Shown: positions 1 through 8,558 of the stretch, one piece after another
How positions within the stretch are numbered: the stretch's first letter is position 1
Layout of the letters: each line of letters starts with the position of its first letter
NCBI GenBank assembly: GCA_037189525.1
Contig: JBBCJC010000001.1
Coordinates: 128,001 to 192,000 of the forward strand
Reading direction: 5' to 3'
DNA: 64,000 nucleotides
Source of the DNA: Gemmatimonadales bacterium
GTDB lineage: Bacteria; Gemmatimonadota; Gemmatimonadetes; Gemmatimonadales; GWC2-71-9
Notes under the pieces: model-generated
Database searches by the model: none
What the model saw: only the letters and a program-made list of their open reading frames with translations
What the model was told of the DNA's origin: nothing
Made by a program: the position numbers and the translations under genes

Positions 1-25
1 CACCATGCCGAGGCACGCGATAGCT

Positions 26-34
26 TGATATAAT
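26..34 (+). promoter_or_regulatory. Extended -10 promoter (TGaTATAAT) upstream of the dinD-like fragment
   Basis: TG at 26-27, TATAAT at 29-34, GGAG RBS at 47-50, ATG at 57. Confidence 0.55.
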
Positions 35-56
35 CTCTCGGCACTTGGAGCTACGC

Positions 57-218
57 ATGAAAAAGGAACTGATCCAGAAGCTGCACAAAAGCTTCGAGGA
101 CTGCGCCTATCACGAAGATGGCGTCGAGTTCTGGCTGGCGCGCGAACTGCAAGGGCTGCCGGGCTATACTGAGTGGCGCAACTTCACGCTCGTCATCGAG
201 AAGGCCAAGACGGCTTGA
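57..218 (+). pseudogene. dinD: Truncated DNA-damage-inducible protein D (DinD)-like gene
   Basis: Manual translation MKKELIQKLHKSFEDCAYHEDGVEFWLARELQGLPGYTEWRNFTLVIEKAKTA* matches the DinD N-terminus (W-x-AR-x-L...GY-x-x-WRNF...IEKAK-x-AC). Removing one A from TGACGAG restores ...TACEKAGQ. Confidence 0.7.
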
Positions 219-384
219 CGAGAAGGCTGGGCAGCAAGAAGAAGACGCCATAAACCGCCGCCTGAACGCGGACGGGCTTCAATCGGGGTGAACTCCCGTA
301 TCGCCGAGATTATCGTTCGTCGGCGGGTCACGAATGGAACCCGCGCCCGATTCCGAGGCCCGGAACGCCCGCGAGGAAACCGCC

Positions 385-1239
385 ATGCCCGCTCCGCTCT
401 GGTTGATCGACGCCTTTTCCAGCCGCCCTTTCAGGGGCAATCCCGCCGGGGTCTGCTGGCTCGATCACCCGGCGCCCGACACCTGGATGCAGGCCCTTGC
501 CGCCGAGCTCAACCAGGCCGAAACCGCCTTCGTCAGCCCGGCAGCCGACGGCTTCAACCTCCGCTGGTTCACGCCGGAAATCGAAGTCGACCTCTGCGGC
601 CACGCGACCCTCGCGACCGGCCACTTCCTCTGGACATCAGGCCGTCTCGACCCGCGCGAGCCGGTGCGCTTCCATACCCGGAGCGGGGTGCTGACCGCCC
701 GGCGGGAACATGACGATCGGATCGTGCTCGACTTCCCGGGCATGGAGGTCGTTCCGGTTGCGCCGCCGGAAGGATTCTTTGCCGCGCTCAACCTGCCGGG
801 CGGGCTCGTCTACGTGAACCAGGCGGCGCAACCCGACTACCTGGTGATGCTCGACCGCGAAGTCGATGTCCATATCGTGATGCCCAACTTTGCGGCGCTC
901 AAGAAGATCAACGCGCGCGGCGTCATCATCACCGCACCTGGCGACCGCAAGGAAACCGATTTCGTCTCCCGGTTCTTCGCGCCGGCCGTGGGCGTCGACG
1001 AAGATCCGGTCACCGGCTCGGCGCACTGCACTCTGGCTCCGTTCTGGGCGCCCCGGCTCGGCAAAAGCACGATGGTCGGGTATCAAGCGTCCAGGCGCGG
1101 CGGCGTGGTCGAAACCCGCATCGTCGGAGATCGCGTGCACCTTGCCGGCCATGCGGTGACCGTGATGCGGGGCGAGGTCGATGCCCCAGGCACCGAAGAT
1201 CCGGCAGCAGCCACCAACAGCTATAACCACGGCGCTTAA
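385..1239 (+). CDS. PhzF family phenazine-biosynthesis-like isomerase
   Basis: DAF...GNPAGV, ETAF, LRWFTP..EVDLCGHATLA, EDPVTGSAH motifs. Start moved to ATG 385 after a GAGG RBS. Confidence 0.9.
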   Translation: MPAPLWLIDAFSSRPFRGNPAGVCWLDHPAPDTWMQALAAELNQAETAFVSPAADGFNLRWFTPEIEVDLCGHATLATGHFLWTSGRLDPREPVRFHTRSGVLTARREHDDRIVLDFPGMEVVPVAPPEGFFAALNLPGGLVYVNQAAQPDYLVMLDREVDVHIVMPNFAALKKINARGVIITAPGDRKETDFVSRFFAPAVGVDEDPVTGSAHCTLAPFWAPRLGKSTMVGYQASRRGGVVETRIVGDRVHLAGHAVTVMRGEVDAPGTEDPAAATNSYNHGA

Positions 1240-1274
1240 GGCATCGATCAACCAGCTCGAGCGAGACGCGACCG

Positions 1275-1694
1275 ATGCCGATGCAACGCGACATCGTGCT
1301 GCGCTGGATCCGGCAGCTCGCCGCGCTGGTAGCCCGTCTGCTGCGCGGCGACCGCAGCCTGACCATGATGATCGTGCGGGAGGAGTTGGTCCAGGCGTAC
1401 GCGACACTGCTGGGCCCGATCGACCGCCTGGCGGCGCACCTCGACCCGACCCAGGTTGCCGAGTTACTGATCGACCCGTACCGAATCCACGGCTATGCGG
1501 AGCTGCTGGCGCTGGAGAGCGCCCTGGAACGCTTCGACGGGCGCGCCGAATCCGCCCAGCGCCTGGCCGAGCGAGCACGCGCCGTGCTGAACGAAGCCAT
1601 CCGGCGTAGCCGCGAACCCATGCCCGAATGGGAGGCATGGGCGCAGGCGCTCGATCGGGACCTGACGAGTCTCCCCGATCAGGCGCTCGGGTAG
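1275..1694 (+). CDS. Hypothetical all-helical protein
   Basis: 139-aa ORF with normal amphipathic composition, co-directional with the phzF-like gene, followed by a terminator hairpin. Confidence 0.7.
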   Translation: MPMQRDIVLRWIRQLAALVARLLRGDRSLTMMIVREELVQAYATLLGPIDRLAAHLDPTQVAELLIDPYRIHGYAELLALESALERFDGRAESAQRLAERARAVLNEAIRRSREPMPEWEAWAQALDRDLTSLPDQALG

Positions 1695-1712
1695 CCGCCA
1701 GCAGGCCAAAAC

Positions 1713-1752
1713 AGAAACGGCCCGATTCGGCATCTCGAATCGGGCCGTTTCT
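1713..1752. terminator. Probable bidirectional intrinsic terminator
   Basis: Perfect 17-bp inverted repeat AGAAACGGCCCGATTCG-gcatct-CGAATCGGGCCGTTTCT between convergent genes. Confidence 0.8.
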
Positions 1753-1770
1753 CGTACTTGGAAACGCTTG

Positions 1771-3324
1771 CTACGTACGTGCCGCCAGCATCCGCCGGAT
1801 CGGCGCCACCAACAGCGCCATCAGCACCGCAAAGACCAGCACGAAGATGGCATTGGCGCCGAAGATCGTCGGCACCGAGAACGACTCGTACAGGCCGCCC
1901 ACCCGGCCCGCCACCTTGTTGCCCACCGCGGACGCCAGGAACCACACGCCCATCATCAGCCCCTGGACCCGATTGGGCGCCAGCTTCGACATCGCCGAGA
2001 GACCGACCGGGCTCAAGCACAGCTCGCCCACGGTTTGCAGGAAGAAGCAGCCGATCAGCCACATCGGGCTGACCCGCGTACCGCTCGCCGCCGACAGCGC
2101 GCCCAACACCATCAATGCGTAGCTTGCAGCGAGGAAGAAGAGGCCGAGTGAAAACTTGGCCGGTTGCGACGGGTTCTTGGTGCCCAGCTTGAGCCAGACC
2201 AGGCCCACGATCGGCGCAAAGACGATGATGAAGAACGAGTTGACCGACTGGAGCCACGACGGCGGGAACGACCAGCCAAAGATCGTATTCGAGGTGTTGC
2301 GATCGGCAAAGAGGTTGAGCGTCGATGCCGCCTGCTCGAACCCGGCCCAGAACACCGCGGCGCCAAGGAAGAGCACCACGATGACGACCAGACGCTTCCG
2401 CTCCTCCGGCGTCCACTTGGCCACGGTAAAGAGCCAGGTGAAGAAGCCTAACGTCAGGAAGATCAGGAAGGCATCGACGAAGCCGGCAAACCCGGCCGCG
2501 GTGACGGTAATCGCCCCCATCCGATGGAGCAGCGCCGACACGCCGACCGCACCCAGCACCACCGTCGTCGCAATCCAGAACCAGCGCCACGCCGTCGGCC
2601 CCTCGGCCGGGTGCGCCAGGCCGAGCGGACGGTCCGCTTTCTCCGGAAAGCGCTTACGGCCCAGTTGATACTGGATCAGGCCGAAGAGCATGCCCACCGC
2701 CGCGGCCGCAAAGCCGAAGTGCCAGGCCGCCTCGGGCTGCATTCCCCACCCGGCCAGCGTGGTCCGGAATCCTTCCGACTGCGCGAAGTAGCCGCAGACC
2801 AGCGGTCCCAGGAAGCCGCCCAGGTTGATGCCCATGTAGTAGAGCGAGAAGCCCGCGTCACGACGGGTATCCTCGGGCGAATACAGCTGGCCCACCATCG
2901 CCGACACGTTGCCCTTGAGCAGGCCCGTGCCGAGCACGAGCAGGATCAGGCCGAAGTAGAAGGTCGCAAGTCCGGGAAAGGCGAGACTGACATGGCCCGC
3001 CATGATCAGTACGCCGCCCCAGAAGACGGACCGGCGGAGCCCGATCAGCTTGTCAGCGAACCAACCGCCCGCCATGGTCATCATGTAGACCATCGCGGTG
3101 TAGGTCCCCTGAATCGCTCCGGCGTCCGATACCGGCAGACCCAGCCCGCCCTCGGTGACCGGCGCCACCATGAACAGGATCAGGATGGCGCGCATCCCGT
3201 AAAAGCTGAACCGCTCCCACATCTCGGTGAAGAAGAGGGTGGAAAGGCCCAGCGGATGTCCAAAGAATCGGCGATCGATTGCCAGTGCGGCGTCGGTAGG
3301 TGCGGTCGAATCGGGCCCGGTCAT
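1771..3324 (-). CDS. POT/PTR family proton-dependent di/tripeptide MFS transporter
   Basis: FFGHP.GL..LFFTEMWERFSFYGM (ExxERFxxY), GFSLYYMGINLG, GELCLSPVGLS motifs and many TM helices. Confidence 0.95.
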   Translation of the reverse strand: MTGPDSTAPTDAALAIDRRFFGHPLGLSTLFFTEMWERFSFYGMRAILILFMVAPVTEGGLGLPVSDAGAIQGTYTAMVYMMTMAGGWFADKLIGLRRSVFWGGVLIMAGHVSLAFPGLATFYFGLILLVLGTGLLKGNVSAMVGQLYSPEDTRRDAGFSLYYMGINLGGFLGPLVCGYFAQSEGFRTTLAGWGMQPEAAWHFGFAAAAVGMLFGLIQYQLGRKRFPEKADRPLGLAHPAEGPTAWRWFWIATTVVLGAVGVSALLHRMGAITVTAAGFAGFVDAFLIFLTLGFFTWLFTVAKWTPEERKRLVVIVVLFLGAAVFWAGFEQAASTLNLFADRNTSNTIFGWSFPPSWLQSVNSFFIIVFAPIVGLVWLKLGTKNPSQPAKFSLGLFFLAASYALMVLGALSAASGTRVSPMWLIGCFFLQTVGELCLSPVGLSAMSKLAPNRVQGLMMGVWFLASAVGNKVAGRVGGLYESFSVPTIFGANAIFVLVFAVLMALLVAPIRRMLAART

Positions 3325-3911
3325 GAACCTTTCCCCATCTTGCGTTTGAGCATTTCCAACTGTGCGTTGACGACCGACTCGGCGCGTTGCCGATCGAGCC
3401 GGGCCTTGAGCAGATTCGCTTCCTCGGGATCGATTGCCGGGCCGGCGCCGCCACCCGGGCCATCCGACGGATCGCTCCCCAAGCCGTCGTCGCCAGCTGC
3501 GCTCCGGGAGCCGGTGTCGGCCACCCCGCGACGCGCCGCCCGATATCGATCGGCCAGCATGTCGTACTCCTGCTGCGCAATTGCGAGCTCGTCCTGCTGC
3601 ACCGCCTGCTTGCGCTCCAGCAGCGCCACCCGCTGGCGATGACGCTCGGCATATTCCCGCGCGATCGTCGCCGTTTCACTGTCGCTGATGTCGTCCGCCA
3701 GCTGGCCCCGGCGCAGCGCAGCCGCCAGGTGCTCTTGCTCGGTCGCGAGTTCACGGACGGTACGACCCAAGGCGTCGGTCATATCCTTGAGACCGACCTT
3801 GAGATCGACCAGTGCGTCGTGGAGGATGCCTGCCTGACTTCGACCCAGGCCACCCAACCCCTGCTCGTTCAGCAGGCGGTCGAGCCGGGCTTTGAGCTCA
3901 TCGAATCCCAT
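3321..3911 (-). CDS. PspA/IM30-like coiled-coil protein
   Basis: Start set at ATG 3911 (MGFDELKARL). Long coiled coil with A...A..D...A pattern and C-terminal QLEMLKRKMG. Overlaps the transporter start by 4 nt. Confidence 0.6.
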   Translation of the reverse strand: MGFDELKARLDRLLNEQGLGGLGRSQAGILHDALVDLKVGLKDMTDALGRTVRELATEQEHLAAALRRGQLADDISDSETATIAREYAERHRQRVALLERKQAVQQDELAIAQQEYDMLADRYRAARRGVADTGSRSAAGDDGLGSDPSDGPGGGAGPAIDPEEANLLKARLDRQRAESVVNAQLEMLKRKMGKGS

Positions 3912-3953
3912 AATGGCGTCAAATGTTACCGCCCGATGGTATCTTTGGGAACC

Positions 3954-4439
3954 ATGCGCCCCCTCGCTCTTGCCGCGCCGATCACGCTCCTGCTGCTTGC
4001 CGGATGCAACCTGTCGGAGCGGGCCACCCGGTGCGGCATTGCCGCCCTCGCGGGGCCGACCATGCTGCTCGAGGAGTTCACCCATCCAGGCAAGACGATG
4101 GGTGCGGTGACGGTCGCGATGCCGGAAGTCCTGCCGGTCCGATTTGCCGCCGGGGCGGCCCAGCGCGGCCTGGTCGGACAGACCGACAGCACCTGGATCG
4201 TCGGCGTCGACGGCCCCTTCCCGCCGGTCGCGGAAAAAAGCTTCGGCGTTCTGCTGGTCGATCCCGTAGCCGGCCCGCGCGGAGTCCTGCTCTACGAAGG
4301 CCCCCCGATCCGCGGGGCGCCGATCCTGGGCTCGATTCACGTCTCAGACCGCGTTCTGCCCATGATTGGCCTGAGCACCACGGTCGCGGCCTTCGAGGAC
4401 AGTAACTGCCCACTGTTCCCGGACTCGCTCCGGCAGTGA
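3954..4439 (+). CDS. Hypothetical lipoprotein
   Basis: MRPLALAAPITLLLLAGC lipobox. 4-nt overlap with the next gene. Confidence 0.7.
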   Translation: MRPLALAAPITLLLLAGCNLSERATRCGIAALAGPTMLLEEFTHPGKTMGAVTVAMPEVLPVRFAAGAAQRGLVGQTDSTWIVGVDGPFPPVAEKSFGVLLVDPVAGPRGVLLYEGPPIRGAPILGSIHVSDRVLPMIGLSTTVAAFEDSNCPLFPDSLRQ

Positions 4440-5515
4440 CGTCGGGCTTCCCCCGCGTCATCCATGTCGCGGCGGGACGGGAATGGCGCGGCGGCGAGCG
4501 GCAGGTCCTGCTCCTGGCTCGCGGCCTGGCCCAGGCCGGTCTCTCCCAACTGGTCATCACGGCAAAGCAAGGCCGCCTCTACACCGAACTCCGGGCGGCC
4601 GGCGTGCCCTGCCACGGTGTGGGATGGTCGTCGGCGCTCTCACCCGGCGCCGTGTTCGCCGTCCTCCGGGCCGCCCGCACCACGCCGTCGCTGCTTCATG
4701 CGCACGACCCCCACGCTCTGGTCGTCGCCGGCCTGGCCACACTGGCCGCATCCGCGCCGCTCGTCGTAACTCGGCGGGTGACCTTTCCGCTTCGTCGCCC
4801 GGGCTTCTGGGTGCGGAGCAACCATATCATCGCGATTTCCCATGCCGTCCGGGACGCGCTGGTCACGAGTGGCATCGATCCGTCCCGCATCACCGTCGTC
4901 CACTCCGCGATCGATCTCCAGGCCACTCGGGCCAAGCCACCGGCGCCACTCCACTCGCGATTCGGGATCCCGGCCGAGTCGCCGGTGGCGATTGCGGTGG
5001 CGGCGCTGACGGGGGAGAAGGATCATAGCACGTTGATCGAGGCCGCCCGGTCACTGCACAGCAAGCGTCCTGACCTGCATTGGCTCCTGGTGGGCGACGG
5101 GCCGCGTCGCGCCGCATTGGAGGCGCAGATCGGCGCCACGAACTCGGCGGCGTTCGTCCACCTGGCCGGCCAGGTCGAGGATCCCCGCCCCTTGATCGCG
5201 GCGAGTTCGGTTTTCGTGTCGACCTCAACCAACGAGGGACTGGGCACCTCCATTCTCGACGCCATGGCACTGGGAGTCCCCGTCGTTGCCACCCGGGTCG
5301 GGGGGACTTCGGAACTCCTGGACGGCGGCGCCGGGCTGCTGACGGAGGCCGGCGCCTCCGAGGCCACCGCCCAGGCGGTCGAGCTGGTACTGAGCGACGC
5401 AGTGCGCCGAGCCTGGACCCTCGAGCGGGCCCGGGAAGCGGTGGCCCGGTTCGACCTGCCCGGGATGGTCGAGGGGGTCCGGAGCGTTTATCGTTCTGTC
5501 GTCCTAGCACGTTGA
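4436..5515 (+). CDS. GT4 family glycosyltransferase
   Basis: WRGGERQ, HAHD, EKDH, NEGLGTSILDAMALGVPVVATRVGG motifs. Confidence 0.92.
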   Translation: MTSGFPRVIHVAAGREWRGGERQVLLLARGLAQAGLSQLVITAKQGRLYTELRAAGVPCHGVGWSSALSPGAVFAVLRAARTTPSLLHAHDPHALVVAGLATLAASAPLVVTRRVTFPLRRPGFWVRSNHIIAISHAVRDALVTSGIDPSRITVVHSAIDLQATRAKPPAPLHSRFGIPAESPVAIAVAALTGEKDHSTLIEAARSLHSKRPDLHWLLVGDGPRRAALEAQIGATNSAAFVHLAGQVEDPRPLIAASSVFVSTSTNEGLGTSILDAMALGVPVVATRVGGTSELLDGGAGLLTEAGASEATAQAVELVLSDAVRRAWTLERAREAVARFDLPGMVEGVRSVYRSVVLAR

Positions 5516-5521
5516 CGGAGA

Positions 5522-6307
5522 ATGATTTACGTCTGTATCCCGAGCCACGACGAAGCGGAAACCGTCGGTCTCGTGCTCTGGAAAATCCGCAAAGTGTTCG
5601 AGTCGCTTGGCCGCGAGTACCATGTCGTGGTGGGCGACGACGGCTCGACCGATCACACCGGTGAGGTGCTGGAAACCTATGCGCAGGTGCTCCCGCTGAC
5701 CTACCGATCCGATCGCATTCGTCGCGGCTACGCTGCCACGACGGAGTACCTTCTGCGGCAGGCCGTGGCCTCGTCCAATCGCCCCAAGCGCGACGCGGCG
5801 ATCCTGATGCACGGCGACTTTTCCCACGGGCCGGAACTGCTCCAGGACTTCATTCGCCGGTTCGACAGCGGCGCCGACATGATCGTGGGCGAGGGCGCCA
5901 TCGACCCGGCCTGGGACCGCGGCTACCGGTGGACCCGCCTCTGGAGCGGTTACCTCCTGGGCAAGAGTGCCGGGGTGCCGGGCGTCAAAGATCCGACCTC
6001 GGGCTTTCTGGGCTTCCGCCTGGCCACCCTCCGGACCGTGTTTCAATCGCCCGAGCCGGTCCTGGTGTCCGAAGGATGGGCCGTCAACGCTGAGCTGGTG
6101 GGACGGGCCGCCGTGCACGCCCGCAGGATCGAAACCGTCTCATTTACCGAGCGGCACGACCTGAAGACCCGGCCCCGCCGGATCGCTCCCTGGTCGATGG
6201 CGCGATCGCTGTGGTCGTCGAGCGGCGTGGTACGACGGGTGGTCCAGGCCGAACGCGGGGCCGCCGCCCACGCCAGCCGGCGACGTGAACAAGGAGGCGC
6301 TGCGTGA
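5522..6307 (+). CDS. GT2 family (DPM1-like) glycosyltransferase
   Basis: IYVCIPSHDEAETV, DDGSTD, D-x-TSGF motifs. The usual DxD reads HGD. Confidence 0.8.
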   Translation: MIYVCIPSHDEAETVGLVLWKIRKVFESLGREYHVVVGDDGSTDHTGEVLETYAQVLPLTYRSDRIRRGYAATTEYLLRQAVASSNRPKRDAAILMHGDFSHGPELLQDFIRRFDSGADMIVGEGAIDPAWDRGYRWTRLWSGYLLGKSAGVPGVKDPTSGFLGFRLATLRTVFQSPEPVLVSEGWAVNAELVGRAAVHARRIETVSFTERHDLKTRPRRIAPWSMARSLWSSSGVVRRVVQAERGAAAHASRRREQGGAA

Positions 6308-7047
6308 TTCCAACCCTGATCTCATTCGCCGCCCTGCTCGCGGCTGCTACCCCGTCGGATACGTCCTCGGCCGCGGCGCGCTATCCGTTCAAGGTCGGCG
6401 AGCGTTTCATCTATGACGCGCGGATGGGCATGCTCAAACTCGGCGAAGGATCCATTCATGTCGCCGGGATGGACACGGTTCGGGGTGAGGAGACGTTCCG
6501 ATTCCGGTTTCAGCTCGAAGGCGGAAACTTCGTATTCAAGCTGAAGTCGGTGCTCGAGTCGTGGACGACTGTGCGGGATTTCAAGTCGCTCCGGTTCCGC
6601 AACGACAACACGGAAAACGACCGGAACCGGATCCGGGACTACGACATCTTCCCCGATTCGGGCTTCTACCGCCAACGTGGCCGCGACGCCAAAGAGGCAA
6701 CCCCGACGCATCCGCTCGACGATGCGTCGTTCCTCTATTTTGTCCGCACCGCCGATTTCGAGGTGGGTAAGAGCTATCGGTTCGACAAGTATTTCATGAA
6801 CGACAAGAACCCGCTGCTGATTCGGGTGCTCAAAAAAGAAGAGATGACCCTGCCCGACGGCCGCAAGGTGAACTGCTGGGTCTTGAACCCGGTCATCGAC
6901 GACCGCGGCATGTTCGCCGATCGCGCCGACGCCCGACTCTGGATTACCGACGACGCCGACCGGATCCCGGTCCAGATTCGCTCGAAGCTGGCCTTTGGTT
7001 CCGTCACCCTCCGCCTGGCCCGGATCGAGACTTCAACGGCGGACTGA
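6304..7047 (+). CDS. DUF3108-like exported protein
   Basis: Signal peptide, PF..GE...Y start, C-terminal LWITDDADRIPVQIRSKLAFGSVTLRL. Confidence 0.8.
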   Translation: MIPTLISFAALLAAATPSDTSSAAARYPFKVGERFIYDARMGMLKLGEGSIHVAGMDTVRGEETFRFRFQLEGGNFVFKLKSVLESWTTVRDFKSLRFRNDNTENDRNRIRDYDIFPDSGFYRQRGRDAKEATPTHPLDDASFLYFVRTADFEVGKSYRFDKYFMNDKNPLLIRVLKKEEMTLPDGRKVNCWVLNPVIDDRGMFADRADARLWITDDADRIPVQIRSKLAFGSVTLRLARIETSTAD

Positions 7048-7084
7048 CGAAGGTTCCTCACCCGGTAGCACGGTGAGATACAGC

Positions 7085-7125
7085 ACGAGCCCGGACCGTC
7101 CGAAAAGACGATCCGGGCTCGTTTT
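7085..7125 (+). terminator. Intrinsic terminator
   Basis: ACGAGCCCGGA...TCCGGGCTCGT stem followed by a T run, between convergent genes. Confidence 0.7.
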
Positions 7126-7142
7126 CTGTCCCGCCGGCGGAA

Positions 7143-7361
7143 CTAGGCTTCGCTCGAGCGGCCGCGAATCGTCTCGCGGATATTCTGCGCCGTCGACGGG
7201 CTCACGACCTTGATAACCAGGTAGATGAGCCAACCGAGGAAGGCGAACCAGAGCAGGTTGAGGACCAGCCCGATCGCGCCTCCAATCAGGAAGCCGATGA
7301 CCTTCATCCCGACGATGAACAGGACAAAGAACCCAGCGAAACCTACGAGACCTCGGACCAT
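7143..7361 (-). CDS. Small membrane protein (2 TM)
   Basis: 72-aa hydrophobic ORF with GGAGGAAAGG RBS upstream. Confidence 0.75.
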   Translation of the reverse strand: MVRGLVGFAGFFVLFIVGMKVIGFLIGGAIGLVLNLLWFAFLGWLIYLVIKVVSPSTAQNIRETIRGRSSEA

Positions 7362-7442
7362 GGTACCTTTCCTCCACCGATGAATGGCTACAGGAATTTA
7401 CTGTACGCAGGACGTTTCAGAAAGTTTCATCCGGAAACCTAA

Positions 7443-8549
7443 GTGACTAATTCCCATGATGTTGTGATTGTGGGTGCGGGCCCGGTCGGCGCCGCGGCAG
7501 CGCGGGAGCTTTCCCGCGCCGGCCGGCGTGTCCTGCTGATCGATGCCGGCAGCAAGCCGGGTGAGGCCTGGCGGGCGTCGGCCGGGATGCTGGCGCCGCA
7601 GATCGAGACCCGGGAGGACACCCCGTTGTTCGAACTGGGCGTCGCGGGTCGCGAATATTATCGGGACCGCGCGGCCGAGTTGGCCGATGAAACCGGGATC
7701 GACATCGGCCTGGTGGAAAGCGGCATCCTGCGCCTGGCCCTGACGGAAGCCGACGAGACCTTGCTGCGTTCCGCCGTCGCCTGGCAACGCCAGCATGGGC
7801 AGCGGGCCGAATGGCTCGATCCGGATGAAGTACGCAATGAGTTCCCCTGGGCCGGGCGGAATCGTGGTGCGCTCTGGGCACCCAAGGACGGTGCCGTCGA
7901 TCCGATCCGATTAGTCGAAGCGCTCCGAGCCAGCGCAGTGCGCGCGGGCGCCAAGGTCGTCACCGATACGATTACCTCGCTGGTGCGGCAGGGCGGCCGG
8001 ATTATCGGCGTCGAAGGGGAGAGCGGTAGCTACGCTGCGGGAGACATCGTCCTGGCCGCGGGCGCGTGGACCGGACGCCTGGCGGGTTTACCTCGACCGG
8101 TGTCGGTCGAACCGGTGCGCGGCCAGATGATCGCCAAGCCGTGGCCCAAGCACATTCCTCCCGCCATCGTGTACGGCGCGCATGGTTACGTGCTCGAACG
8201 CGCCGGCGAAGCCTGCTGCGGAGCAACCATGGAGCACGCCGGATTTGCGGTCGAAACCACGGCGGCAGGTGAGCAACAGGTGGCCGCGATTGCGGATGAG
8301 TTGATCCCGACACTCGGCTCGGCGCCGGTAACCCGCCGGTGGGCCGGCCTGCGCCCCGGCACACCGGACGGTCTGCCGATCTTCGGCGCAGAGCCGGAAG
8401 CGCCCAATCTCTGGTACGCCACCGGTTACGGTCGAAACGGCATCCTGTTCGCCGGGATTACCGGCATTGCCCTCACTCACCTGATGGCGCAGGAGGCCAC
8501 CTACGAAGGGGTGGAAGCGCTCCGGCCCGACCGCTTCTGGAGCTGGTAA
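7443..8549 (+). CDS. thiO: Glycine oxidase ThiO / D-amino-acid oxidase family FAD protein
   Basis: GAGPVG dinucleotide motif, ASAGMLAP, PVRGQM, WAGLRPGTPDGLP, GYGRNGIL. Confidence 0.8.
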   Translation: MTNSHDVVIVGAGPVGAAAARELSRAGRRVLLIDAGSKPGEAWRASAGMLAPQIETREDTPLFELGVAGREYYRDRAAELADETGIDIGLVESGILRLALTEADETLLRSAVAWQRQHGQRAEWLDPDEVRNEFPWAGRNRGALWAPKDGAVDPIRLVEALRASAVRAGAKVVTDTITSLVRQGGRIIGVEGESGSYAAGDIVLAAGAWTGRLAGLPRPVSVEPVRGQMIAKPWPKHIPPAIVYGAHGYVLERAGEACCGATMEHAGFAVETTAAGEQQVAAIADELIPTLGSAPVTRRWAGLRPGTPDGLPIFGAEPEAPNLWYATGYGRNGILFAGITGIALTHLMAQEATYEGVEALRPDRFWSW

Positions 8550-8558
8550 CCCGGGCCG

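Noticed and set aside
385..1239. Phenazine biosynthesis cluster
   Set aside because: Lone PhzF-family gene with no other phz genes
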